Shown here: positions 52,710 to 60,717 of the stretch, in pieces
Layout of the letters: the number at the start of each line of letters is the position of its first letter
Numbering within the stretch: position 1 is the first letter of the stretch
IMG/VR virus record: IMGVR_UViG_3300045988_073070
Length of the DNA: 64,000 nucleotides
From: a virus
Direction: 5' to 3' (one strand)
Notes under the pieces: generated by a model
Databases searched by the model: none
The model's input: only the letters and a program-made list of their open reading frames with translations
Told to the model about the DNA's origin: nothing
Made by a program: the position numbers and the translations under genes

Positions 52710-53159
52710 ATGACCAGAATAAATAGTGCTATTTCAGTAAGGTGTTTGACAGATGAACATTTACTTGCCGAGCATAGAGAGATTAAGAGACTACCAGCTT
52801 GTTACCTCAAAGCAAAAACTTCGGGAGCTTTGAAAAGAATACCGAAGGAGTTCAAATTGGGAACTGGACATGTTACATTCTTTCTTGATAAATTCGCATT
52901 CACTTATACGAGATACAAAGCTATTCATACTGAATGCTTGCGTAGAGGTTTTCAAGTTACCGATTATTCAGATTTATGGAGAGCAGTTGAACCTACTTCA
53001 CAATGGAAGTCCTACGAGCCTACGAAGGAAGAACTTGAGCTACTTATACAACGTATTACAGAGCGAATACAAGGCAGTAGCAAGACCTTCTTTCACTATG
53101 ATGGGAAAGCTATCACTAAGGGTGAAGCAATCGAAATATTAAATTGTAAAACAAATTGA
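52710..53159 (+). CDS. denV: pyrimidine dimer DNA glycosylase (T4 endonuclease V homologue)
   Basis: 'MTRINSAISVRCLTDEHLLAEHREIKRLP' and 'GTGHVTFFLDKFAF..ECLRRGF' align closely with T4 EndoV '[27 protein letters not shown]' and 'GAGHVTFFYDKLEF..ECLKRGF' (from memory). Confidence 0.92.
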   Translation: MTRINSAISVRCLTDEHLLAEHREIKRLPACYLKAKTSGALKRIPKEFKLGTGHVTFFLDKFAFTYTRYKAIHTECLRRGFQVTDYSDLWRAVEPTSQWKSYEPTKEELELLIQRITERIQGSSKTFFHYDGKAITKGEAIEILNCKTN

Positions 53160-53162
53160 ATT
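53141..53162 (+). promoter_or_regulatory. start-codon-abutting tandem motif
   Basis: 'aaattgtaaaacaaattgaatt' is embedded in the denV 3' end, before the ATG at 53163. Confidence 0.55.
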
Positions 53163-53747
53163 ATGTTAATAAACAACAACCGTTTGGCCATACAAGAAGC
53201 ATTTATGTCTGGCAAGATAAAAGCTATATGCGGCTATCCAGGCATAGGCAAGACCTATCTAACAAATCAAGATTCAAGGTTTGTAGATGGATGGTTATCG
53301 GAACATCTTTACATAGACAAAGCAAAAGGCATACGCAATCCCGACTTTCCGTCAAACTATATTCGCACCGTTTCAGATATAATCAAGCAAGGAAAGATTG
53401 TTGTAACAGCAATGTCCGAAGAAGCAAGAGATGTATTCAATATGCTTGATATGCCATTCGTGGTTATATATCCCAACGCTTCGGAGAAAGACCGATATTT
53501 CAACATATACGATACCCGTCCAGACGTTCGGGAATGGATAAGCCTGAATAAACGGGTGTGGGATGATAAGATAAAGAGGATACAGGAAATGAGGGTGCCC
53601 ATAGGGTGCTATAAGGATGAAATACCAAAGGGAATGAATCTCACCGAGTATCTAACTCAACTGGGAGTGTTAAGCCTTGTAAAAGTGCCCGAATATGCCT
53701 ATATTGAAACAACGCAAAGTTATCAAGAACAAATAATACAATTATGA
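53163..53747 (+). CDS. P-loop NTPase/kinase-like protein
   Basis: Walker A 'GYPGIGKTYL'. Small (194 aa), kinase-sized. Confidence 0.45.
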   Translation: MLINNNRLAIQEAFMSGKIKAICGYPGIGKTYLTNQDSRFVDGWLSEHLYIDKAKGIRNPDFPSNYIRTVSDIIKQGKIVVTAMSEEARDVFNMLDMPFVVIYPNASEKDRYFNIYDTRPDVREWISLNKRVWDDKIKRIQEMRVPIGCYKDEIPKGMNLTEYLTQLGVLSLVKVPEYAYIETTQSYQEQIIQL

Positions 53748-53962
53748 GAAAGAAATACAACATTGCAAGAGCAATAAACGTTCTATTCAGTTTAGCAATA
53801 GTCATAACGATTATGATTTGCGCATATCACGAATGGAGCAAACACGGAGAGTACACAACTTTCAGCTTCATAGCTTCTTTGGTAGTTCATGGCGGGTTGG
53901 GAGTGATGATATATTACGGGGTTGATTCAATACTCCGTAGAGTGTTTCACCAAATTAAGTAA
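53744..53962 (+). CDS. candidate holin (two TM segments)
   Basis: 72 aa. 'AINVLFSLAIVITIMICAY' and 'FSFIASLVVHGGLGVMIYYGV', basic C-terminus. Directly upstream of the transglycosylase. Confidence 0.45.
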   Translation: MRKKYNIARAINVLFSLAIVITIMICAYHEWSKHGEYTTFSFIASLVVHGGLGVMIYYGVDSILRRVFHQIK

Positions 53963-53964
53963 AG

Positions 53965-54411
53965 ATGAGAAAAGTTATGTTATTGGTACTGCTTATTATA
54001 GCCACGAATTGTAATTTGAATGTGTATCAAGAAGTACGAGAAGAACAATCAACAATTTTATCGGAACAAAAGAAAGAGCCGACCGAGTGGGAAATTTTCA
54101 TTGAGGCTCTTATCAACGTAGAAAGCGAAGGCAAAGCGGATGCGGTGGGCAAGACCAACGATGTAGGAATATTACAAATTACTCCTATATACGTCAAGGA
54201 TGTCAACCGCATTCTTGGTGAAGAACGATACACACTCAGTTGTCGTACCGATATAGAAAAGAGCTTGGAGATGTTTGAAATTTTACAAAGTCATTACAAT
54301 CCGAATAAGGATATTGAAAAGGCTATCAAACTCCACAATCCGAGAGCTGGACAAAGTTATCGAATAAAGATAATGAATCAAATGGAAAATATTAAAACAA
54401 ATTTATCATGA
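53965..54411 (+). CDS. lytic transglycosylase (SLT/GH23-like) endolysin with N-terminal signal/anchor
   Basis: 'INVESEGKADAVGKTNDVGILQITPIYVKDVN' (E-S ... GxxQ pattern). Hydrophobic N-terminus 'VMLLVLLIIATNC'. Confidence 0.7.
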   Translation: MRKVMLLVLLIIATNCNLNVYQEVREEQSTILSEQKKEPTEWEIFIEALINVESEGKADAVGKTNDVGILQITPIYVKDVNRILGEERYTLSCRTDIEKSLEMFEILQSHYNPNKDIEKAIKLHNPRAGQSYRIKIMNQMENIKTNLS

Positions 54412-54956
54412 CAAAAGAGGAATTAAAAAGGAAGTATCACGGTCATGCAGTTACTGTGAGTTATCCTATTAGATTGGGCGGTTTTAACGGAGAGCGAGAA
54501 TCTTCAGCCAAAACAAATGCTCTAATCAACGCTTGTAAGGGATTGGGATTGCAAGTTGCATTAATGCCAGATATGGCGATGATGACAGGTCATAATGCAA
54601 AGGTGTATGCAATTAGCGACCCAAATGTTAAGCCGAGTTATTCAAACACTCCTTGTTCTTCGATAAGCGTTGAAGAGTTCTTGGAAGATTTTTCTCACTA
54701 TACAAAAGTAGAGGAAGAAAAGCAATTTGTAAAAGCTAAACAACTTCTTGACGAGTTCAAAATTGAATACGGCTCTATCGAAAAGAAACATGAATCATGT
54801 ACATCAACCGATATGTTGGACGAAGGATTCATTCAGGGATATACCTCAAACGAGGCATCACTGTGGTGGCATCCACTGGGTAGGCGTGTTTTCTTTGTTC
54901 GTGGAGAAGGAGCGTTTGAACTTACAGATAAACCAAAGGAGAATGAGCAGAATTGA
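54408..54956 (+). CDS. hypothetical protein
   Basis: 182-aa ORF with an ATGA overlap. Confidence 0.4.
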   Translation: MTKEELKRKYHGHAVTVSYPIRLGGFNGERESSAKTNALINACKGLGLQVALMPDMAMMTGHNAKVYAISDPNVKPSYSNTPCSSISVEEFLEDFSHYTKVEEEKQFVKAKQLLDEFKIEYGSIEKKHESCTSTDMLDEGFIQGYTSNEASLWWHPLGRRVFFVRGEGAFELTDKPKENEQN

Positions 54957-55185
54957 TGACTTTCAAAATTATCTTGAATGGCTTTACCAAACTTCATCTC
55001 AAATATTCGGATTCGATATATCAAGAGAGACTTGGCGAAACAGACCTCATTACGATAATACACAAGAACCGAAAGAAGTTTGGAGCGGTACGCCAAGAAA
55101 TCAATTCACATCAGAACAAAGAGAGTATCTGGACAAAATAAAATCATTAGCAGTAGATGTAGAGTATGAAGAAATTCAAAGTTAA
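54943..55185 (+). CDS. hypothetical protein (shortened from track ORF 54748-55185)
   Basis: The internal ATG at 54943 ('MSRIDDFQNYLEW') reduces the overlap with the upstream gene to 14 nt. Confidence 0.35.
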   Translation: MSRIDDFQNYLEWLYQTSSQIFGFDISRETWRNRPHYDNTQEPKEVWSGTPRNQFTSEQREYLDKIKSLAVDVEYEEIQS

Positions 55186-55333
55186 GTTCTTTGGTTCAAA
55201 GAATCGAAAGGAGCAAATTAAGCAAGTAAAAACCGAAGTTGAAGCCGAGAGCCGTTCAAAAGTTGAGGACATTCTCAGACATGAACACGGTTACGAGGTC
55301 ATCAACGGATTAAAGATTCATGAGTATGAATAA
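55166..55333 (+). CDS. small ORF (55 aa) not in the supplied track
   Basis: 'MKKFKVKFFGSKNRKEQIKQVKTEVEAESRSKVEDILRHEHGYEVINGLKIHEYE'. Bridges the gap 55186-55319. Confidence 0.35.
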   Translation: MKKFKVKFFGSKNRKEQIKQVKTEVEAESRSKVEDILRHEHGYEVINGLKIHEYE

Positions 55334-55736
55334 AGCAACGAGAATCGGACTATTCATTTTGGGAGCTTTATTGACCTTGACTCTATTCAAGGGTTGCGGA
55401 CAATACGAGCGTAAAGACCCAAAGACAGTTGTTTATCGGGAGAAGGTAAGCGAAACGGATTCAACCGAGATATGGCGCAACGTAAAGTATGAGCTTGTAA
55501 GCGTTGAACAAGATACGGTGAGGAAAGTTACAAAACCAAGAAACACTTTGGAGATTACACCGCCCAAACCAATACCGATGCCTGAAGATAGAATTGACTT
55601 GAATAATTATCTTGGAACACCAGACGATGGAACGGATTGGAATTACACCGAGATAAGCGAGGAAGAACAGAAGTATCTTGATGATTTAGGTATATATTGG
55701 GATAATAACAAAGGATATTGGAGACAAAGAAAATGA
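55320..55736 (+). CDS. secreted/membrane-anchored protein, possible lipoprotein (spanin-like candidate)
   Basis: 'RIGLFILGALLTLTLFKGCGQ' is a signal-like segment with a Cys. The lipobox is not canonical. Confidence 0.3.
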   Translation: MSMNKATRIGLFILGALLTLTLFKGCGQYERKDPKTVVYREKVSETDSTEIWRNVKYELVSVEQDTVRKVTKPRNTLEITPPKPIPMPEDRIDLNNYLGTPDDGTDWNYTEISEEEQKYLDDLGIYWDNNKGYWRQRK

Positions 55737-56017
55737 GTAAATTTTATTGCGTTTATTTGGCATATACAAAATACGAGGTTATGCCTGACGAGGAATGCAA
55801 CAACCCAGACATTCCTAAATACCCAGCCGAAATAGGAAGGGTGAGAGTGTACGACAATCCGAGCGACCAAATGGATTGTTATAGTAATACGATGTGTCCT
55901 GCTTCTCAATGTTTTGAAGCCGATACGAAGGAAGAAATTGAACAAAAGGTTAAGGAGTATCAAAAGAACTTTCAAGACGATGCTTGGCTCAAGGAAAACA
56001 TAGAGCCGTATATTTGA
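55733..56017 (+). CDS. hypothetical protein
   Basis: ATGA-coupled ATG at 55733 ('MSKFYCVYLAY'). Confidence 0.4.
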   Translation: MSKFYCVYLAYTKYEVMPDEECNNPDIPKYPAEIGRVRVYDNPSDQMDCYSNTMCPASQCFEADTKEEIEQKVKEYQKNFQDDAWLKENIEPYI

Positions 56018-56091
56018 TACATTGTGGCAACCAATTATAGAAGGAGTATAATTCAAACATGGAGTTATGCTCCTTTTAATTTTACAATAAT

Positions 56092-56355
56092 ATGAAAAGT
56101 CTTTATGTAGATGCAAACAGCCGTACCGTCCAATGTGCACGATTGAGCATTGGGTTGAACGTAAATGCGGCAGGGGTTGTAGCTCAAATAGAGCCCAACC
56201 AGTTTATCCGAGTTAAGGCAGTAGGCGGTGATGCCGTTATACGTCAGGAAAACCAGTCAGGTGATGGTGTACTTCTTTCCGAAGGAGAAACTGAATACTT
56301 CTTTATTGAATCTCACCTTGAGCTTGTAAGTGGTCAAATCAACGTAATGTATTAA
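56092..56355 (+). CDS. hypothetical protein
   Basis: 87-aa ORF. Confidence 0.4.
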   Translation: MKSLYVDANSRTVQCARLSIGLNVNAAGVVAQIEPNQFIRVKAVGGDAVIRQENQSGDGVLLSEGETEYFFIESHLELVSGQINVMY

Positions 56356-56453
56356 GCCATGCTGAGAATCGGGAAAATAGGCAAGCTCACGAGCCGCCAA
56401 AAGCCTAAAAAGGCAAGCACTCCGTAACGCAAAAGAAGTTACCAAAAGTTAAA

Positions 56454-56490
56454 AGCGAAGTTTTTACCAAAATTCTTCGCTTTTTATTTT
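56454..56490 (+). terminator. rho-independent terminator (overlaps the -33 region of promoter copy 3)
   Basis: AGCGAAG (56454-56460) / CTTCGCT (56475-56481) followed by TTTTATTTT. Confidence 0.75.
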
Positions 56491-56518
56491 GTAGTTTGTA
56501 AAATAGTTCCTACCTTTG
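56488..56518 (+). promoter_or_regulatory. Bacteroidota sigma-A-type promoter, copy 3
   Basis: TTTG at 56488-56491, 19-nt spacer, TACCTTTG at 56511-56518. Confidence 0.75.
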
Positions 56519-56545
56519 TAACATAAACATTAAAATTACAAAGAT

Positions 56546-56782
56546 ATGAGAGCAAAACGGATAATGATAACAGTTCTTCCTACAAGAGAAGATTTGTCAA
56601 AAGAGGAACAAGAATTTTTGAATACTTGTAAAATTAACCAATCTGTATATCTTACAGATAAACCTATGGAAGAGGTAAAATCATACTTATACGGAGCTGG
56701 GAGAAATTCATTTGAATTTATTCTTTCCAGAGTAGATGAAATATGTTATAATTCTATGGTAAGAGAGGGATTCATATCATGA
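56546..56782 (+). CDS. hypothetical protein
   Basis: 78-aa ORF; first gene after promoter copy 3. Confidence 0.4.
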   Translation: MRAKRIMITVLPTREDLSKEEQEFLNTCKINQSVYLTDKPMEEVKSYLYGAGRNSFEFILSRVDEICYNSMVREGFIS

Positions 56783-56967
56783 GAACACGTACTTTCATAA
56801 TCATATTGTTGGTAGCTCTATTCGGGAGCTACCTATACATCAAACTTGTTTGGGGAAGTTTCGGAGCTTTCATGACAGCGTGTCTCATCAAGTCCGTTAT
56901 CGGAGTAGGATGTTTGGTTGTTATATTGTTAGCAACGTTAATTATATCAAAAATCAATCGAAAATGA
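56779..56967 (+). CDS. small membrane protein (two TM segments)
   Basis: 'FIIILLVALFGSYLYI' and 'GVGCLVVILLATLIISKI'. Confidence 0.45.
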   Translation: MRTRTFIIILLVALFGSYLYIKLVWGSFGAFMTACLIKSVIGVGCLVVILLATLIISKINRK

Positions 56968-57161
56968 AAATTGTTATGCGAATATTGTATGCTATTGACG
57001 GAAGGTTTGGACGTAGAGTTCTCAAACCGCAATACCGAGTTTGGTGGAGACTGTTTACCTACGGAACACTGACGGTGTTACTATTCAGATTTGTATTTGT
57101 ACCGATTCTTGATTGGTGGCAAGGCGTTGTAGATTTTCTTAATTATGTAATTTGGGGATGA
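56964..57161 (+). CDS. small membrane protein
   Basis: ATGA-coupled ATG at 56964 ('MKIVMRILYAIDG..'). TM segment 'LFTYGTLTVLLFRFVFVPIL'. Confidence 0.4.
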   Translation: MKIVMRILYAIDGRFGRRVLKPQYRVWWRLFTYGTLTVLLFRFVFVPILDWWQGVVDFLNYVIWG

Positions 57162-57162
57162 T

Positions 57163-57309
57163 ATGAAAGTATTGGAATTTATATTTAGCAGCTTTTGGAC
57201 GTTCATTGGTTCGGTTATCCTGATAGGTTTATTCTTTCAAGGCGTTGCTCAAGTTATCCGAGCGATTAAAGGAACGCCAGAGCCAAAAGACGAAAACGAT
57301 GAAGATTGA
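57163..57309 (+). CDS. small membrane protein (48 aa) not in the supplied track
   Basis: 'MKVLEFIFSSFWTFIGSVILIGLFFQGVAQVIRAIKGTPEPKDENDED'. Confidence 0.4.
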   Translation: MKVLEFIFSSFWTFIGSVILIGLFFQGVAQVIRAIKGTPEPKDENDED

Positions 57310-57547
57310 AACAGCCGAAAAGGTCATCAAGAAGATGTCTTGGGAAATAACGAAGCAAGAACGATTCCTTGGACTTGTATCAAGAGCCAATCAGATGAAG
57401 CCCAAAGACCGAGAGAATGTATTGAAGGGAGCTTGTTGGATTGACGGCACAATCGAAACCCAAATCAAGTTTGCGATGGATAAGAGAGCGAGACTGGTGA
57501 AGGCACGTTCAACTCTATCGAAACGATATGGAATATCAATCTATTAA
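57299..57547 (+). CDS. hypothetical protein
   Basis: ATG at 57299 ('MKIETAEKVIKK'). Confidence 0.4.
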   Translation: MKIETAEKVIKKMSWEITKQERFLGLVSRANQMKPKDRENVLKGACWIDGTIETQIKFAMDKRARLVKARSTLSKRYGISIY

Positions 57548-57634
57548 CCACATTTGCTGACGATTAACCGAGAGGATGAAGGGAAATACCTTCACGGATA
57601 ACGAAAGAGGCAGAGCAATCAAATTTTAAGCATC

Positions 57635-57820
57635 ATGGAAGATATTAAACAAAGACAGATTGAACAGCTCCAACGTGACATAAGGATTCTGGAAGAAATT
57701 ATTTCAGGCAAGATGGAGAATTACACCAGTCATCCAATTCCAGTCCTCAAAGAAGGTTTATCGAAGTACCAATCAGATTTGGCGAGGTTACAAGAAAACG
57801 TTGGGCAAAGGGGGAATTAA
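57635..57820 (+). CDS. small coiled-coil protein
   Basis: 61-aa ORF flanked by noncoding islands carrying G5 boxes. Confidence 0.35.
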   Translation: MEDIKQRQIEQLQRDIRILEEIISGKMENYTSHPIPVLKEGLSKYQSDLARLQENVGQRGN

Positions 57821-57968
57821 AAGGGGGTTACTTCACGAGCGTATGCGAGTGCACGAGGAAACAAGATTTTCAAGATAATTGAATATAGTTTCTTTGGGCA
57901 CTTTCTTTGATATATAAGGGGGTTCATGAACCAACGTTACTTCCTTCCAGATATAAAACAAAGACGAT

Positions 57969-58538
57969 ATGGAAATTGTAAAGAAAATAGCAAAATGGAT
58001 TCTCCGAGAGGAACTGAACGACCTTCAGACCACCGTGAATAAGCAAGCCCACGATAAGGTTGAAATGAACAAGCAGATAGCGAGTTTGAGAGAAAGGTTG
58101 TTTGGTTCAAGAAAAGTCCTACTATCCCAGACGATGGTAGAATGTATTGTTAAAATGCTACCTGACCCGAACAAAGCAGGTTGTGGCGGTTTAACTTCTT
58201 CGGACTTGAAAATGCGAAACATGATTTTTGTAGATGAACTTGGCGGACGACAATATCAACACTCCGTTCGATTCGTTCAGGCTATCGGAGACGATGAACG
58301 GTTACAAGGTTTAACCATAAACATATCCGAATACAATATCAATGTGTTCGTCCCATTGAGACGGGAGAATGTGAGTTATGAGGTATTCGGAGTACAAACC
58401 GCAATAGATACTTACTTTTGGGACTTGTATGGAGCAGGCATACGAATGTTGAGCAACGAAGCCTTTGCGATGAGTTCCGAATTTATCAACGCTCAGCATA
58501 ATGTTTTGAAAGAATTTAGAGAACAAGGATTGTTATGA
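57969..58538 (+). CDS. hypothetical protein
   Basis: 189-aa ORF. Confidence 0.4.
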   Translation: MEIVKKIAKWILREELNDLQTTVNKQAHDKVEMNKQIASLRERLFGSRKVLLSQTMVECIVKMLPDPNKAGCGGLTSSDLKMRNMIFVDELGGRQYQHSVRFVQAIGDDERLQGLTINISEYNINVFVPLRRENVSYEVFGVQTAIDTYFWDLYGAGIRMLSNEAFAMSSEFINAQHNVLKEFREQGLL

Positions 58539-58855
58539 ATATATTGAACCAAGAAAGTTTTTGTCGTCATTGGTGTAATGACTACGACAAAGTAATGAAG
58601 GAACAGACCGAAGAATGCGAATGTATTGTAGCTTGTTCAAGTTCGGAGAACGGAATGAATCCAGATGCCTTTGCTGCACAAGGATTGATGATGAAAACCG
58701 AAGAAGAATTGTTTGAGGAAGCCTTGAAAAATTTTGCTAAAAGTGTGTTATTTACAAAAGATGGTTCATTTTGCGTAGATGACTTTGAGAAATATTGGGA
58801 AGATAACAAAGACAAATTATTGAAATATGACCAAAGTGAGATTAAGCCAAATTGA
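58535..58855 (+). CDS. hypothetical protein
   Basis: 106-aa ORF with an ATGA overlap. Confidence 0.4.
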   Translation: MNILNQESFCRHWCNDYDKVMKEQTEECECIVACSSSENGMNPDAFAAQGLMMKTEEELFEEALKNFAKSVLFTKDGSFCVDDFEKYWEDNKDKLLKYDQSEIKPN

Positions 58856-59276
58856 GGAAGGAAGCGGAAAGCCGATGTTCACCCGAAAGCATAAAGGAAC
58901 GACAAAGAAGAAGCCTTTGATTGGAGACATAGACGAAGATGATGAAGAGGATGAAGAGGATTCGGACGATGACTTCAACGACAATGAGGATGAAGGCAAG
59001 AAGCGGTTATCAAAAACAATGCTTCACTTCAAAGACGAAGGAATAACCATATCAGCTTGGGACTTACATACCATTGAAACTGATATGCGATTCGTAGAGA
59101 AGCCGAAAGCCCACTGGGAGTTTGGAATCACTATCAATAAGGGATTGAATCCCAGTCAGTTTATCAATAAAACCGACCTTTCTATGTGGTATTTAAGCGA
59201 GGAAGTAAGGGATGATAAAATGGCAAAAATGCTGGAAATCCTTAAAGTAGAAGGACTCAACGTTATCGAGATATAG
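58827..59276 (+). CDS. hypothetical protein with an acidic tract (alternative start at ATG 58875)
   Basis: 'DIDEDDEEDEEDSDDDFNDNEDEG'. A purine-rich stretch precedes the ATG at 58875. Confidence 0.4.
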   Translation: MTKVRLSQIEEGSGKPMFTRKHKGTTKKKPLIGDIDEDDEEDEEDSDDDFNDNEDEGKKRLSKTMLHFKDEGITISAWDLHTIETDMRFVEKPKAHWEFGITINKGLNPSQFINKTDLSMWYLSEEVRDDKMAKMLEILKVEGLNVIEI

Positions 59277-59314
59277 AGAACGCAAGTATATAGTGTTTGA
59301 ATATTGTTTAATTT

Positions 59315-59327
59315 AACAAATTGTAAA
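59315..59327 (+). promoter_or_regulatory. start-codon-abutting motif
   Basis: 'aacaaattgtaaa' lies before the ATG at 59328. Confidence 0.55.
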
Positions 59328-59633
59328 ATGAAAAAGTTTGAATTAGTGCAAGCAATTGCCAAGGAAACGGGTTACACCCAAGAAGTAGTAAACAACGTGG
59401 TTGATGCAATGCAACCGATTATCGCAAACGCTTGTATCGAAGAAGGCGATGAAGTGAACCTGCCTGAGCTGGGTAAGTTCAAACGTCAGGTGTTCACGGC
59501 ACGTAAAGGACGCAACCCGTTGACGGGCGAAGCTCTTGACATTCCCGAATCACACACCGTTGGCTTCAAGGCTACGACCAAGCTGAAGAAAGTTATTCAG
59601 CCGAAGAAAGCCGCAAAGAAGGGTAAAAAGTAA
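59328..59633 (+). CDS. hup: HU/IHF-family histone-like DNA-binding protein with a Lys-rich tail
   Basis: 'MKKFELVQAIAKETGYTQ..', 'GDEVNLPELGKFKRQVFTARKGRNPLTGEALDIPESHTVGFKATTKLKK'. ATG at 59328 rather than the track's 59304. Confidence 0.9.
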   Translation: MKKFELVQAIAKETGYTQEVVNNVVDAMQPIIANACIEEGDEVNLPELGKFKRQVFTARKGRNPLTGEALDIPESHTVGFKATTKLKKVIQPKKAAKKGKK

Positions 59634-59658
59634 GCATGCTCCATCAAATGCTTTTGAG

Positions 59659-59700
59659 AACTGGGTTTTGGCGAGTTTAAGTCAGCCCAGTTTTCTTTTT
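59659..59700 (+). terminator. rho-independent terminator after the HU gene
   Basis: AACTGGG (59659-59665) / CCCAGTT (59686-59692) followed by TTCTTTTT. Confidence 0.7.
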
Positions 59701-59740
59701 GCCCAAAGTTTATAATTCCAGAAGATTAAACAATATTATA

Positions 59741-60064
59741 ATGAAAGCAATAACGGAGAAAGAAAAGTTACCAAAGTTTCTTATTGTGAACGGAGTTCCT
59801 GAAACTCAATCTTACAATAAGCATCTTTTGAAGCCTTGGAAGAAAGGTGAGCTTGTAAAAGTTGCTCCTTTTGAAGAGCAGGTCAGAAACGATAAGTATG
59901 ACGACCAATTGAAATACGTCAAACCAGACAACAATCCTTTGCACTTTCGACAAAAGTATGTAAAGGTTATCCGAAAGGACGACAACGGTGAATGGACTTT
60001 GACTTACACAGCAGGATGGGAATATTTTGATATGTTAAAAACTAATAAAAAGAACAAAAAATGA
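59741..60064 (+). CDS. hypothetical protein
   Basis: ATG at 59741 ('MKAITEKEKLPKF') lies after the terminator. Contains an intragenic copy of the terminator-family 23-mer. Confidence 0.4.
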   Translation: MKAITEKEKLPKFLIVNGVPETQSYNKHLLKPWKKGELVKVAPFEEQVRNDKYDDQLKYVKPDNNPLHFRQKYVKVIRKDDNGEWTLTYTAGWEYFDMLKTNKKNKK

Positions 60065-60690
60065 AAATCAGGAGATTTATTTTGAACCGCATCTTGAATG
60101 CGAGACAGAGAGAAATGATTTGGGCAGCGTTGCTATTTTCGGCTCACACCTACAAAAGACGTGGGAACATGGAAGGATTTGCCGCTGTAACAAGAGTGTT
60201 GGACGAAACTCAACCGATTCTGGGAGTTAAGGAAAGGACTTGGACAAGAAAGGAAGTTGAAGCCTTGATTGAGGAAAGCTCCGAGCACATCAGCCGAAAG
60301 ATTAACGAGATTGCCCAAGACGCATACAAGAAGGGCGTGCATGCAGGGCGTTCCGAAGCTATCCAAGAAAGAATCAAAGAAGACACCGAACACGCTCATC
60401 ACATTGAAGAGTTTGCTGATACGCTCCGACCTTTTGGAATCGTCATTGGTGTAAGACGTAGCGAGGATTCCGAAGGACTTCAACCAGGTCATGAGTTCTC
60501 AAAGGAGAAATGTGAAGGATGCGAGAACAAAGAAGATTGTGAGCTTTACAATGTGGTTCTCAAAGACGAATTTGAGTCAGCCGAAGGAGAGGACGAAAAG
60601 AAAGAGAACGGCACGGAGAAGGCAGAAGAAACCGATGAGCATGCCGATACCGAAGAAGGAAAGACTGAAGGTGAAGACAAACATGAGTAG
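60061..60690 (+). CDS. hypothetical protein with an acidic C-terminus
   Basis: 209-aa ORF with an ATGA overlap. Confidence 0.4.
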   Translation: MKIRRFILNRILNARQREMIWAALLFSAHTYKRRGNMEGFAAVTRVLDETQPILGVKERTWTRKEVEALIEESSEHISRKINEIAQDAYKKGVHAGRSEAIQERIKEDTEHAHHIEEFADTLRPFGIVIGVRRSEDSEGLQPGHEFSKEKCEGCENKEDCELYNVVLKDEFESAEGEDEKKENGTEKAEETDEHADTEEGKTEGEDKHE

Positions 60691-60717
60691 TCTCCTGTTA
60701 TTCCATATATAATCCGA

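Noticed and set aside
54748-55185. Long (145-aa) form of the ORF that overlaps 54408-54956 by about 200 nt.
   Set aside because: The internal ATG at 54943 gives a 14-nt overlap, consistent with the coupling seen elsewhere. The N-terminal part is an off-frame reading of the upstream gene.
56359-56427. 22-aa basic peptide ORF (MLRIGKIGKLTSRQKPKKASTP) in the gap before promoter copy 3. Also a 17-aa ORF at 57577 and a 20-aa ORF at 49429.
   Set aside because: They are too short to support from sequence alone. They lie in or next to terminator or regulatory sequence, and nothing is available to show that they are conserved.
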